This document shows positions 40,137 through 49,832 of a stretch of DNA of 64,000 nucleotides, piece after piece. The stretch comes from Clostridia bacterium. Lineage in GTDB: Bacteria > Bacillota > Clostridia > Saccharofermentanales > UBA5734. How positions within the stretch are numbered: the first letter of the stretch is position 1; each line of letters begins with the position of its first letter. Below the pieces are notes generated by a model. The model saw only the letters and a list, made by a program, of their open reading frames with translations, did not search any database and was not told where the DNA came from. Position numbers and translations under genes: made by a program. Where the stretch lies: the NCBI GenBank assembly GCA_040772725.1, contig JAXGXR010000001.1, positions 856,377 through 920,376 on the forward strand, in the 5' to 3' direction.

Positions 40137-41138
40137 TCAACTGATCCGCCTGACGCTGCCGCGAACGGCCAAGGATGGCGGGAACACGATCTTTCTTGGT
40201 TTTTGTCCATCAGTCGTAATCAGGTCAATCATCATCTCGGCGGCCGAAACCCCCATGGGATAAGGGTCATGACTGATTGTCGTCAGTTTGACCGGTCCAC
40301 TGATGGCCGCCGGTGAATCATCAAAGCAAATGACACTGACATCTCCCGGAATGGAAAGGCCCTGCGCAAGGATCCGCTCACAGAATCCGGTCGCCATCAG
40401 GTCATTGGCGCAGAAGACAGCTGAACAATCACCAAGTTTTCCGAGAAAATACTCGCCAAAACGAATTCCGGAATCCTTTTTCAAATCGCCGTGGCGGACC
40501 GCGTCTTCCGAAAGGGAGATCTGGCAATCCCGAAGCGCGTCCCGAAAGCCACGTTCCCGGTCCTGGCTCGCTGTCGAATTTTCCGGTCCGGCCAAGTGGG
40601 CGATCCTGCGATGGCCTTCATCAGCCAGATGGATCGCCGCCATGTATCCGCCACGATAATTGTCGATGCAGACGGTGTTCAGATCCATCGACCGGATCGT
40701 CCGATTGGCCAGGACGACCGGAAATCGCACCTGTTTCAGGGCGGTCAGCAGGCCGGCTGTCTCGATGGCCGTCAGCATGATCAGACCGTCATATCTGTTA
40801 TCCCCAGCATAACGAACCAGTTCCTCCTCAGACGCAGGATCATAGTCACTGCTGAAAATCGCGAGCTTGAGACCCTGTTCCTTGAGTGTTTCCTGTATCC
40901 CTCTGATCATGCCTAGATAAAATGGATTCATCAGGTCACCGACAATGAGCATGACGGTACCGATCCTTGCAGCCTCCCTCCTGACGTGTGGCTGATGCCT
41001 GTACCCCAGTTCCTGCGCAAGTTCACGAATTTTCAGCCGGGTCTCCGGCTTGACTGATGTTGTTTCAGAGAACGCTCTGGAAATGGTGGCAATGGAATAG
41101 CCACTTTTTCGCGCGATGTCTCTGATTGTCACCGACAT
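40137..41138 (-). CDS. LacI family transcriptional regulator
   Basis: TIRDIARKSGYSIATISRA HTH; CANDLMA, VSVICFDD and LTTI. Confidence 0.92.
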   Translation of the reverse strand: MSVTIRDIARKSGYSIATISRAFSETTSVKPETRLKIRELAQELGYRHQPHVRREAARIGTVMLIVGDLMNPFYLGMIRGIQETLKEQGLKLAIFSSDYDPASEEELVRYAGDNRYDGLIMLTAIETAGLLTALKQVRFPVVLANRTIRSMDLNTVCIDNYRGGYMAAIHLADEGHRRIAHLAGPENSTASQDRERGFRDALRDCQISLSEDAVRHGDLKKDSGIRFGEYFLGKLGDCSAVFCANDLMATGFCERILAQGLSIPGDVSVICFDDSPAAISGPVKLTTISHDPYPMGVSAAEMMIDLITTDGQKPRKIVFPPSLAVRGSVRRIS

Positions 41139-41179
41139 GCCGATACCTCTTCACATTTTCCATCAAGGATGGGGCGGAT

Positions 41180-41382
41180 ATGTAACGAATAAATTGTTAC
41201 ATTCATTCTTGCTCATTTCCATAATACCTATCGTAACAAATGATCATGATCATATTTGTTACATCATCATTGTACGTCATTGACGCGAATATTCAAGCCA
41301 CTTTATATGTTTTTGACATATCATCAAAAATCATATCATTGTTTTGCTTAACATGCATATGTAACATATTCATTTGTTACAT
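41180..41382. promoter_or_regulatory. Three inverted-repeat operator candidates upstream of the LacI gene
   Basis: ATGTAAC-N9-GTTACAT (41180), GTAAC-N20-GTTAC (41233) and ATGTAAC-N10-GTTACAT (41359) in an AT-rich spacer. Confidence 0.65.
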
Positions 41383-41401
41383 TATTTTCTGAATGCAACA
41401 G

Positions 41402-41444
41402 AAAAGCCGGCCCGATGCTGGTTTTTGCATGCGCGGCCGGCTTT
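41402..41444 (-). terminator. Terminator after the glycerate kinase gene
   Basis: AAAGCCGGCC...GGCCGGCTTT with a U tract on the minus strand. Confidence 0.6.
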
Positions 41445-41503
41445 GACTAACGTTTTTCAATGGGCTTGGCGTTGTCTCTATCGTCGGTGATCAGCCATGT
41501 GGT

Positions 41504-42643
41504 TCATTTTTTGGCTACGATCAGTCGAACGAGGGTCCGGACCATCGCGATGAGGTCGATCTTGGCGTTCTGGAGTGTCTCCTCTAACGGAGCCAGGTCA
41601 CGGATGGTGCTCACGACCGTCGTAAAACCAACGCCGTAAAGGGGATCCACATCCTTGCCCAGCGAGCCGACGACGCCGATTACCGGTACATTGAACTTCC
41701 TGGCCCGCATCGCGACGCCCACCGGGGTCTTGCCTGATAGGCTCTGGCCGTCCATTCGGCCTTCGCCGGTAAAGACATAATCCGCCTGGCTCACCAATTC
41801 GTCGAAATGAGCCGCGTCGAGAAGCAGTTCGATGCCGGGACGCAACGTTCCTCCCAGGAATGCCACCACAGCAGCACCCAGACCGCCGGCCGCGCCGGCG
41901 CCGGGGATAGTGCGGACATCGAGGCCCAGATCGGCTTCAATGCGTTCGGCCATGTTGCGCAGGCCCTTGTCGAGCGCTTCTACCATGGCCGGGTCTGCGC
42001 CTTTTTGCGGACCGTAGATGTAGGCGGCACCATTCGTCCCATACAAAGGGTTGTTCACGTCACAGGCAGCCTCGATAACGACCGAATCGGGAATCATGCG
42101 GGTCTTGGGCGGGATGATCTTCGCAACTTTCGACAGGCTTCCGCCCACGGGCGACAGCTCTTGACCGTCCTGATCCACAAAACGGAAACCCAGGGCCTGG
42201 GCCATGCCCAGTCCGCAATCATTGGTCGCGCTGCCGCCAAGTCCGATCACGATTTTCTTCGCGCCGGCTTCAGCCGCCTTGAGGATCAGCTCGCCGACAC
42301 CCAGGGAAGTTGTCTTTTCCGGGTTGCGCTCTTCACGGGACAGCATCGGCAATCCAGCGGCCGCAGCCATTTCCACGATCGCCGTATCGTCATCCAGCAT
42401 GCCGTAGAATGAACTGACCGGAGCGAACAAAGGGCCGGTGACCGTTGTTTCGATCCGGCGGCCTTTGCCGCCGCTCATGGAAAGGAAGGCATCGACAAGG
42501 CCTTCGCCGCCATCGGCGACCGGGACTTTGTCAACATGAGCGCCCGGGTCGAGTTCCTGGATGATGGATTCAATCAGGTCGCAAATCTCAATCGAGGACA
42601 TGGTCCCTTTGAATGAGTCAGGGGCTAACACATATCTGCGCAT
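41504..42643 (-). CDS. Glycerate kinase (GlxK/GarK family)
   Basis: APDSFKGT, VADGGEG, GLGGSATND, GAGAAGG and TGEGRMDGQS. Confidence 0.94.
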   Translation of the reverse strand: MRRYVLAPDSFKGTMSSIEICDLIESIIQELDPGAHVDKVPVADGGEGLVDAFLSMSGGKGRRIETTVTGPLFAPVSSFYGMLDDDTAIVEMAAAAGLPMLSREERNPEKTTSLGVGELILKAAEAGAKKIVIGLGGSATNDCGLGMAQALGFRFVDQDGQELSPVGGSLSKVAKIIPPKTRMIPDSVVIEAACDVNNPLYGTNGAAYIYGPQKGADPAMVEALDKGLRNMAERIEADLGLDVRTIPGAGAAGGLGAAVVAFLGGTLRPGIELLLDAAHFDELVSQADYVFTGEGRMDGQSLSGKTPVGVAMRARKFNVPVIGVVGSLGKDVDPLYGVGFTTVVSTIRDLAPLEETLQNAKIDLIAMVRTLVRLIVAKK

Positions 42644-42659
42644 GGCATTCCCTCTCACT

Positions 42660-43619
42660 TCATTTGTTGACGACGTTGACCGGCGTTCCCTTCAGGAACT
42701 TCGCCAGGTTTTCCACGGCAATGTTCATCAGGCGCTGGCGGCTTTCCTTCGGCGCCCAGGCGATGTGCGGCGTGATGATGCAGTTCTTCGCTGTCAGCAA
42801 GACGTTGTCCGGCAGGATTGGTTCAGCGGAAACAACATCGGTGGCATAATAGCCAATCTGGCCGGACTCCAATGCGTCTTTCACATCCTGCTCGTTGACC
42901 AGCGGTCCGCGGGAGGTGTTGATGATGATGACGCCCTTCTTCATCCTGGCGATTGAATCCTTGTTGATCATGCCCTGGGTGGACGGGAAAAGCGGGACAT
43001 GCAGGCTGATCACATCGGCTTTGGCAAACAGCTCATCAAGTGACACATAGTCGGCCATTTCACGGAAGTCATCGTTTGGATACTCGTCATAAGCCAGGAT
43101 GTGCATGCCGAGGGCTTTCGCGATGCCCGCAGTCTGTTGGCCGATACGGCCAAACCCGATCACGCCGAGCGTCTTGCCGGCCAATTCAATAAGCGGGTAA
43201 TCCCAGAAGCAGAAATCCGGATTGGATGACCAACGGCCTTTCTTGACTTCCTCAGAGTGATGGCCGACATGGTGGCAAACTTCCAGAAGGAGGGCGATCG
43301 CCATCTGGGCCACGGCAATCGTGCCATAGGTCGGGATGTTGGTGACCGGAATGCCTTTTTCCTTGGCGTAAACATAGTCAACCACGTTGTACCCGGTGGC
43401 AAGGACGCTGATGAACTTGAGATTCGGGCATGCGTCGATGGTCTCCTTGGTGATCGGGGTCTTGTTGGTGTAAACAACATCCGCGTCGCCGATTCGGGCG
43501 ACGATCTGGTCGGCGGGTGTACGGTCATAAACCGTCAGTTCGCCCAGGGCTTCGAGGCCGGACCAGGAAAGGTCACCGGGATTTTCTGTATAGCCGTCTA
43601 AAACAACAATCTTGGTCAT
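42660..43619 (-). CDS. D-2-hydroxyacid dehydrogenase (glycerate dehydrogenase/hydroxypyruvate reductase-like)
   Basis: KIVVLDGYTENPGDLSW, GFGRIG, INTSRG and TPHIAW. Confidence 0.9.
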   Translation of the reverse strand: MTKIVVLDGYTENPGDLSWSGLEALGELTVYDRTPADQIVARIGDADVVYTNKTPITKETIDACPNLKFISVLATGYNVVDYVYAKEKGIPVTNIPTYGTIAVAQMAIALLLEVCHHVGHHSEEVKKGRWSSNPDFCFWDYPLIELAGKTLGVIGFGRIGQQTAGIAKALGMHILAYDEYPNDDFREMADYVSLDELFAKADVISLHVPLFPSTQGMINKDSIARMKKGVIIINTSRGPLVNEQDVKDALESGQIGYYATDVVSAEPILPDNVLLTAKNCIITPHIAWAPKESRQRLMNIAVENLAKFLKGTPVNVVNK

Positions 43620-43701
43620 AGTCTTGTTCTCCTGTTTTCTTGTGATTCCATCGTCAGGATGGATCCGATCACATTGTCCTGTCGGGGTTGATGGCCCGAG
43701 A

Positions 43702-44610
43702 TCAAAGCTTGGCCCATGCTTCGTTGAGGTAACGCTTCGCGTTGGCGATGACCATTTCGGGATCCTCATCCCCCCACGGCTTCACCTCAAAACTGACGAT
43801 CTTGCGCTCGTTCTCGTTCAGGTAACCAATCTCGAAAAGCGCTTTCAGATAGTCTGCCAGCTCATTGACGCCATTGGCGCTGTTCGGGAAGCCGAAACGC
43901 GGATGCTGGTCGCCATGGGCTTCGGCACCGGGAAGATTGACTGCGTTGCCAACATGCGCATGCTTGACATACTTGGCAACCGGCACCAGGTTTTCACGAA
44001 TGGATTCATGCAGGATCGGAACATGGCTGAGATCGACCATCAGGCCGAAATTGTCGACGTGCTTGTTCACTTCCTCGGCAAAGCGTGCCGCAAGCGGTGC
44101 CGGGCCGATCAAGGAGCTCTTGTCGATGTCAAAGTCAAACACTTCCAGGTTGACCGGCATGTTGGCCTTCTCCTTGGCGTATTTGCACACTTCGACCGTT
44201 GATTTGACGAGAGCCTGGAAGCTTTCTTCCTTGGTCTCTTCTTCGTATTTGCCGGACAGGAAACCAAAACCGGTGCAGCCAAGCTCGGCTGCGATATCGA
44301 TGCCTTCCTTCAGGTTGGCCACCGCGACCAGGCGTTTCTCCTCGTCAAGGTCGTTGATGTTCTGCTTGGTCCGCAGCAGGCGCGGCTGGGCACCGAAAAC
44401 CATCGAGATTCCGGACACGTCCACCATCTTCCTGACGGCTTCGCGGGCGGCCGGATCATTGATTGTCGTCACCTCAATGGCGTCAAAGTAGTCGTCCGCA
44501 CAGATCCTGCGGATCGTGTTGACGATGTCGCCGTCTCCGCTCATGGCAAACGGATAGGCCATGAAATGGATCAATCCCACTTTCATGTATTTCTTCATGG
44601 ATTCATTCAT
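43702..44610 (-). CDS. Xylose-isomerase-like TIM-barrel isomerase/epimerase
   Basis: Metal-ligand pattern NLEVFD, VDLSH, HAHVG, SFEVKP. Confidence 0.8.
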   Translation of the reverse strand: MNESMKKYMKVGLIHFMAYPFAMSGDGDIVNTIRRICADDYFDAIEVTTINDPAAREAVRKMVDVSGISMVFGAQPRLLRTKQNINDLDEEKRLVAVANLKEGIDIAAELGCTGFGFLSGKYEEETKEESFQALVKSTVEVCKYAKEKANMPVNLEVFDFDIDKSSLIGPAPLAARFAEEVNKHVDNFGLMVDLSHVPILHESIRENLVPVAKYVKHAHVGNAVNLPGAEAHGDQHPRFGFPNSANGVNELADYLKALFEIGYLNENERKIVSFEVKPWGDEDPEMVIANAKRYLNEAWAKL

Positions 44611-44710
44611 TCTTATTCCCCCTTTGTGAAAACGTGTACGATTATCATCCCGCAAGTGAGCCTGAATTGTCAATCGGGCTCATGCGGGCAAAATCACGTC
44701 TTTGGAGATT

Positions 44711-45445
44711 TCAGGCACGCTTCGCTTTGGCAAACTTGCCAAGGTAGGCTTCGACAACGCGGTCATCTGTCCGCAGTTCATGGGCTTTGCCGCTCAGGAT
44801 GACCCGGCCCTGTTCGATGACGTACGCTTCGTGCGAGATTTCCAGCGCCAGTTTCGCGTTCTGCTCGACCAGCAGGATCGGTATGCCGAGTTTGTTGATT
44901 TCAATGATCTTTTTGAACAGGTCGGCGACAATGACCGGGGCCAGGCCCATGGATGGTTCGTCAAGCATCAGCACTTTCGGCCTCGCCATCAGTGCCCGTC
45001 CGATGGCGAGCATCTGCTGCTCACCGCCGGAAAGGCTCCAGCCCAACTGGTTGCGGCGTTCCTCGAGGCGCGGGAACAGCTCGAAGACGGCTTTCATGTC
45101 CTTGTCATACGGCTTTCTCCCGAAAAAGCCATGCCAGTTGATCGTTCCGGTTTCGAGATTCTCTTCAACCGACAGTCCGGGAAACACGTGACGGCCTTCG
45201 GGAACATGGACGATGCCCTTCTTGGCTATCTGGATCGAATTCTTGCCGATGATCTCTTCCGTGTCATTGTAAATGATGCTGCCGGTTCGCTGGATCATGC
45301 CCGAGATGGATTTAAGAAGCGTCGTCTTGCCGGCGCCGTTCGATCCGATCAGGCAGGTGATCTTGCCGGCCTCCACATTGAGGTCAAGTCCTTTCAACGC
45401 TTCAACCGGGCCATAGTATGCATGCAGGTTTTTAATCTTAAGCAT
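44711..45445 (-). CDS. HAAT-family ABC ATP-binding protein (LivF-like)
   Basis: GSNGAGKTT, VPEGRHVF, LSGGEQQMLAIGRALM and DEPSMGLAP. Confidence 0.93.
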   Translation of the reverse strand: MLKIKNLHAYYGPVEALKGLDLNVEAGKITCLIGSNGAGKTTLLKSISGMIQRTGSIIYNDTEEIIGKNSIQIAKKGIVHVPEGRHVFPGLSVEENLETGTINWHGFFGRKPYDKDMKAVFELFPRLEERRNQLGWSLSGGEQQMLAIGRALMARPKVLMLDEPSMGLAPVIVADLFKKIIEINKLGIPILLVEQNAKLALEISHEAYVIEQGRVILSGKAHELRTDDRVVEAYLGKFAKAKRA

Positions 45446-46196
45446 CGAGACTCCTCCCCAGATACGCTTCAATGACATCTTCATTGCTGGAGATCTCAGC
45501 CGGGCCGCCGGACGCGATGACTTTGCCGAAGTTGATGACCACGATCGATTGACAGATGTTCATGATCATGTCCATTGAGTGCTCGATCAGCAAGACGCCG
45601 ATACCGCGTTTCTTGGCCGCCAGATTCAATAGGTCCATGGCATGTTCGATCTCTTTGTTGTTGAGTCCGGCTGCCGGCTCGTCGACCAGCATGACCTTGG
45701 GGCTCGACAGCATGGAACGGACGATCTCCAGGATCTTGCGTTTGCCATAGGGGAGCGCGGTGATGTCATCCTCCCAGTCGAATGAAAACTTCGCCAGTTC
45801 CATCAATTCGTTCAGGTTGTGTTCGAAATCCTTGTTCGCTTTTGAGAAATAGGACTTGAAATAGCCCAATTGTTCACCCAGGTCTGTCCCCAGGAGCAGG
45901 TTGTCGCGAATGTTCGAGCGCTGGAGGAAGCGGGGCGTCTGGAATGTCCGGCCAATCCCCATCCGGGCCCGTTGATGGGACGGCACAGCGGAGATGTCCT
46001 GCTCGTTCAGGTAGATACGGCCGGCATCGGGTGTGTAGATGCCGCTGATCAGGTTCATCATGGTCGATTTTCCGGCGCCGTTGGGGCCAATCAGGCCGTG
46101 AACCTCGCCCGGCATGACAGAAAAGGTGACATTGTCGGCGGCGACGACGCCGCCAAACCGTTTGCTGACGCCATCCAGCCTAAGAATCGGATTCAT
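45438..46196 (-). CDS. HAAT-family ABC ATP-binding protein (LivG-like)
   Basis: GPNGAGKST, GRTFQ, LPYG, DEPAAGL and VIEAYLG. Confidence 0.93.
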   Translation of the reverse strand: MNPILRLDGVSKRFGGVVAADNVTFSVMPGEVHGLIGPNGAGKSTMMNLISGIYTPDAGRIYLNEQDISAVPSHQRARMGIGRTFQTPRFLQRSNIRDNLLLGTDLGEQLGYFKSYFSKANKDFEHNLNELMELAKFSFDWEDDITALPYGKRKILEIVRSMLSSPKVMLVDEPAAGLNNKEIEHAMDLLNLAAKKRGIGVLLIEHSMDMIMNICQSIVVINFGKVIASGGPAEISSNEDVIEAYLGRSLDA

Positions 46197-47178
46197 CTTT
46201 TGCCACCTCCATGCCTACTTTGCGCCTTTTCTTGAGAATTGATGTTATCAGTCCGGCCAGGCCCATGGGCATGAAGACCATCAGGAGGATGACCCCGATG
46301 CCGTAGAAGAGTTTCAGGAATTCCTTGACTGGTCTGAGCCATTCAGGAAGCATGGTGACCAGCAGCGCGCCGACAAATGTGCCGGCCGTATTGTTGACAC
46401 CGCCGAGCATGGCCATGATGATGAAGGTCGCGGCAGCGTCGAACGTGAATGTGTCCGCGCCGACATAGCGGTTGTGCATGGCGTACAGGGCGCCGGCTAG
46501 GCCGGCCAGGGCGCCGGCGACGGTGAACGCGATCACCTTGGTGCGATACACGTTGACACCCAGTGTCTGGGCGGCGATTTCATTGTCACGGATCGAGGCA
46601 AGCGATCGGCCAAGGCTCGTCTGGCGGATGCGCTCGACAAAAATCATGCTGATGATGACGAAGCCCATGATGATGTAAAACCAGTCGCGATACCCGGAAG
46701 GCGACAGGCCGAACATGGAGATGAACGGAATTCTCGGGATGCCGTCCGGGCCGCCGGACAACGGCTTGAAGTTCATGTACACCGAATAGGTCACCTGGAC
46801 GAGTCCGATCGTCGCGAATGTGAAGTAGGTGCCTTTCAGTCGGAAAAGGATCATCCCGAATACGAAGGCGAGCAATGTCGAAACCAGAACGGCCACCCAA
46901 AGGGAGACAACGGTGTTGAGGACAAATCCGTTGCGTCCGCTCGTCAGGTTGCCGACGGTGAAAGCGCCGATTCCAAGGAATGAAACAGCCGCAAAGGAAA
47001 GCTGGCCGCCCATGCCGAGCATGACAGTGAGGCCCAGGGCCGCGATGCTGTTGATGCAGGCGTTGTTGAGCACCATCATGCTGTAGTCATTCGTGAACAG
47101 AGGAGCCACGATCATGAAGGCAATGAGAACCGCTGCGATGATGATCGGCGTCAGGAGGGATCTGTTTTTCGTCTGCAT
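46180..47178 (-). CDS. HAAT-family ABC permease (LivM-like)
   Basis: GQLSF, RLKGTYF, GGPDG and IRDNEIAAQTLGVN. Confidence 0.92.
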   Translation of the reverse strand: MQTKNRSLLTPIIIAAVLIAFMIVAPLFTNDYSMMVLNNACINSIAALGLTVMLGMGGQLSFAAVSFLGIGAFTVGNLTSGRNGFVLNTVVSLWVAVLVSTLLAFVFGMILFRLKGTYFTFATIGLVQVTYSVYMNFKPLSGGPDGIPRIPFISMFGLSPSGYRDWFYIIMGFVIISMIFVERIRQTSLGRSLASIRDNEIAAQTLGVNVYRTKVIAFTVAGALAGLAGALYAMHNRYVGADTFTFDAAATFIIMAMLGGVNNTAGTFVGALLVTMLPEWLRPVKEFLKLFYGIGVILLMVFMPMGLAGLITSILKKRRKVGMEVAKDESDS

Positions 47179-47188
47179 GTCAGCCTCC

Positions 47189-48064
47189 TTAAGCCTTGTC
47201 GGCGATACGATCGCCGAATAGTCCCTGAGGACGGAACAGAAGCATCAGGATCAGGATCAGGAAGACGATGGCATCTTTGTACGTTGTCGTGATGACAGAG
47301 CTGTAGGATTCAACAAGGCCAATGAGGACCGAACCGACAATCGCGCCCTTGATGTTGCCGAATCCGCCGATGACAACACCGGCGAAGGCTCTCAACTGAA
47401 GCGAGCCGAGTGTGACATTGACCATGAACATGGGCGCGATCATGAATCCGCCGATCGAAGCCAGGCTGACTACGATGATGTAGGTGGCCGCCGTTGTCAG
47501 GATGGTGGGGATGCCTAGAAGCTCCGCAGCGTATTTGTCCTGAGCCGCTGCCTGCATCATGCGTCCGGCATAAAGCTTTTCAAACAGCATGAAAACAAGG
47601 AAAATGAGGATACCTCCGACCAGGATGGTCAGCAGGTACTGATACTGGAGACGGACATTGCCGATCTTCAAAATGCCCTTGATGATCGGCCGCGCGGTCA
47701 GCGGCTGGCTCCCCCAGATCAGGATGACGATTTCCTTGATGGCCATGGACGCACCCATCGTCGCAATGATCGTGGCAACCGGATAGGAGGCATTGCGCAA
47801 CGGCCAGTAAATTGAAAACATGAAGATGACCCCGAAGATCGCGAAAGAGATCATGGCAGCCGGAATCATCGCATAGATGGGCAATTTCAACTGGTTGGTC
47901 AATGCCCATGTGATGAAAGCGCCGATCATGAGCAGTTCGCCCTGGGCGAAGTTCATGACGCCAACGGCCCGGATCAGAAGGATCAGGCCCATTGCCATCA
48001 GGGCGTAGATCATGCCCATCGCGATACCGTTGATCAAAAGCTGGACGAATAACGTAAGATTCAT
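47189..48064 (-). CDS. HAAT-family ABC permease (LivH-like)
   Basis: YALMAMGL, NFAQGE, IGGFGNIKGA and RPQGLFG. Confidence 0.92.
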   Translation of the reverse strand: MNLTLFVQLLINGIAMGMIYALMAMGLILLIRAVGVMNFAQGELLMIGAFITWALTNQLKLPIYAMIPAAMISFAIFGVIFMFSIYWPLRNASYPVATIIATMGASMAIKEIVILIWGSQPLTARPIIKGILKIGNVRLQYQYLLTILVGGILIFLVFMLFEKLYAGRMMQAAAQDKYAAELLGIPTILTTAATYIIVVSLASIGGFMIAPMFMVNVTLGSLQLRAFAGVVIGGFGNIKGAIVGSVLIGLVESYSSVITTTYKDAIVFLILILMLLFRPQGLFGDRIADKA

Positions 48065-48109
48065 ACGATGTTACCACCCCTCGGATAGTTTCCGAATGTT
48101 TCCGGACAA

Positions 48110-48142
48110 TGCTGAGGGACGATTTTTGGTCGTCCCTCAGCA
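48110..48142 (-). other. Intergenic stem-loop after the substrate-binding gene (probable mRNA-stabilising element)
   Basis: TGCTGAGGGACGA...TCGTCCCTCAGCA, 13-bp stem without a clear U tract. Confidence 0.6.
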
Positions 48143-48162
48143 GTCAGTCGAATCGATGGGGT

Positions 48163-49431
48163 TTAGCCAACCTTGACGACTTCGATCATCGTCGCCTTGC
48201 CGTCCTTGTTCAGGGTCAGGAACTGGCTGGTGCTGAAGCACCGGTTGGCTTGTGCGGTGTAGGTGGACATGGCACCCGGATAATCCTTGATCTTGGCAAG
48301 GTTGTCATTGATCTTCTGCGGGTCGGCGGATCCGCCCATCTTGATCGCTTCCGCGATCATCATGATGGAGTCGTAGGCGGTAACGGCCGGCATGTCGGAT
48401 TCCTGGTTATAGGCAGCCTGGTAGGCATCGGCGAACGCCTTGCCTGAAGCTGTTGTAACTTCGACGGTCCAGTCGGAAACAGCGTACCAGCCATCGGCTG
48501 AAGCGCCGGCCGCTTCGCGGGCGACGGCAGAACCAAACGAGGACGAACCGAGTGTCGGCAGGTCGAAGCCTGCGTCATCAGCCTGCATCATGATCAGGGA
48601 AGCCTGGACCTGGTGGCTGATGGAGATCAGGCCATCGACATCGGAAGCCAGGATCTGGTTGATGATCGGTCCATACTGCTTTTCATCCGGAATATGCGAA
48701 TAGACGTTCTTGGAGTCGACTTCGATGCCCTTGGTCTTGAGGGCGGCGATCGTCTGCTCGGCCAGTCCGCTTCCGAACGAGTCATTGATGTGCAGGATGG
48801 CGGGGTTCTTCATGCCGAGCGTGCCTGTGGCGGCGGTGGCGAGCAGCATGCCGGACTTGTCGTCAGTCATGCGGGCCTGCCAGATGTAGGGGTTGTTCTG
48901 CTTCGGGATGTTGGCAGAGGAGCCGCCCGAAAGCATCGGGATCTTCTTTTCCTGCACCTGCGGGGAAACCGCGATACAGAAGGCAGAGTAGGTGGAACCA
49001 AAGAAAGCGGAAACATTGGGGTTGTTGATCAGCTTGGTCATCGCGTTGACGGAGGAAGCCTGGTCATAGACTTCGTCTTCGAAAACCAGCTCGATCTGCT
49101 TGCCCAGGACGCCACCTTTGTCGTTGATGTGCTTGGCAGCCAGTTTGGAGCCGTTGACGACATAGTCGCCGACCAGCTTGTTCGTACCGGTTAGGGCGGC
49201 GGTGACGCCGATGTAGATCTTGTCGAGCTTGTCATAGGGGCTGTCGCTGGCCGCGGTGGTGCCGGCCGTTGTCCCGGCTGTTGTCCCGGCGGTGGTGGCA
49301 GCGGTCGTCGCCGCGGTGGTGGCGGCGGTCGTTGCGGCAGTGGTCGCGGCGGTGGTGGTCGCGGTCGACTGGCATGCCGACAGCAGCATCAGCGCTACGA
49401 GCAGGATGGCGAGGATTGAGCGTTTTTTCAT
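48163..49431 (-). CDS. HAAT-family ABC substrate-binding lipoprotein with Thr/Ala repeat linker
   Basis: LLSAC lipobox, (TTAA)n/(TTAG)n linker, IGVTAALTG and INDKGGVLGKQIELVFED. Confidence 0.92.
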   Translation of the reverse strand: MKKRSILAILLVALMLLSACQSTATTTAATTAATTAATTAATTAATTAGTTAGTTAGTTAASDSPYDKLDKIYIGVTAALTGTNKLVGDYVVNGSKLAAKHINDKGGVLGKQIELVFEDEVYDQASSVNAMTKLINNPNVSAFFGSTYSAFCIAVSPQVQEKKIPMLSGGSSANIPKQNNPYIWQARMTDDKSGMLLATAATGTLGMKNPAILHINDSFGSGLAEQTIAALKTKGIEVDSKNVYSHIPDEKQYGPIINQILASDVDGLISISHQVQASLIMMQADDAGFDLPTLGSSSFGSAVAREAAGASADGWYAVSDWTVEVTTASGKAFADAYQAAYNQESDMPAVTAYDSIMMIAEAIKMGGSADPQKINDNLAKIKDYPGAMSTYTAQANRCFSTSQFLTLNKDGKATMIEVVKVG

Positions 49432-49700
49432 GATGTTGTGTCCTCCTTGATAAATATGTCTCATGGCTTTTATAGCCGGTAGACCCGAAAACAAACGGTC
49501 CATCCCCTGTCGTCCTTCAGTTGTGGGGCGAGGCCGCCTTGCGTGGCACTGGTCCAGACTAGACCCATTATGCAAAATGTTCCGTCACATTGTCACATTT
49601 TGACTGAAAACTATCCTAATTATATCAAACGCTCATGGCTGATTCAACAAATCATTTCAAACGAATATCATGATTCGTTCAATCAGCAAGAGGCGTTTGC

Positions 49701-49729
49701 TTGATAAGCAGCCAGCCATTTAATATACT
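49701..49729 (+). promoter_or_regulatory. Sigma-A promoter of the dehydrogenase-transketolase operon
   Basis: TTGATA-17 nt-TATACT. Confidence 0.65.
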
Positions 49730-49832
49730 GGTATGAGAACGCCTGTTTGCAGGCACGAACAATCAAGCCGCAAACCGTTGACAGGCGGCAATCAAAGAGA
49801 GGGGGGCCAGCGCATCTCATGCGCGTGAACAG

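Noticed and set aside
41139-41503. AT-rich spacer as a mobile-element end or small RNA gene
   Set aside because: No transposase/integrase or target duplication; explained by a terminator plus operator-like repeats.
49432-49565. Riboswitch in the ~130-nt leader of the binding-protein gene
   Set aside because: No known aptamer consensus or terminator recognised by eye; an Rfam/Infernal scan would be needed.
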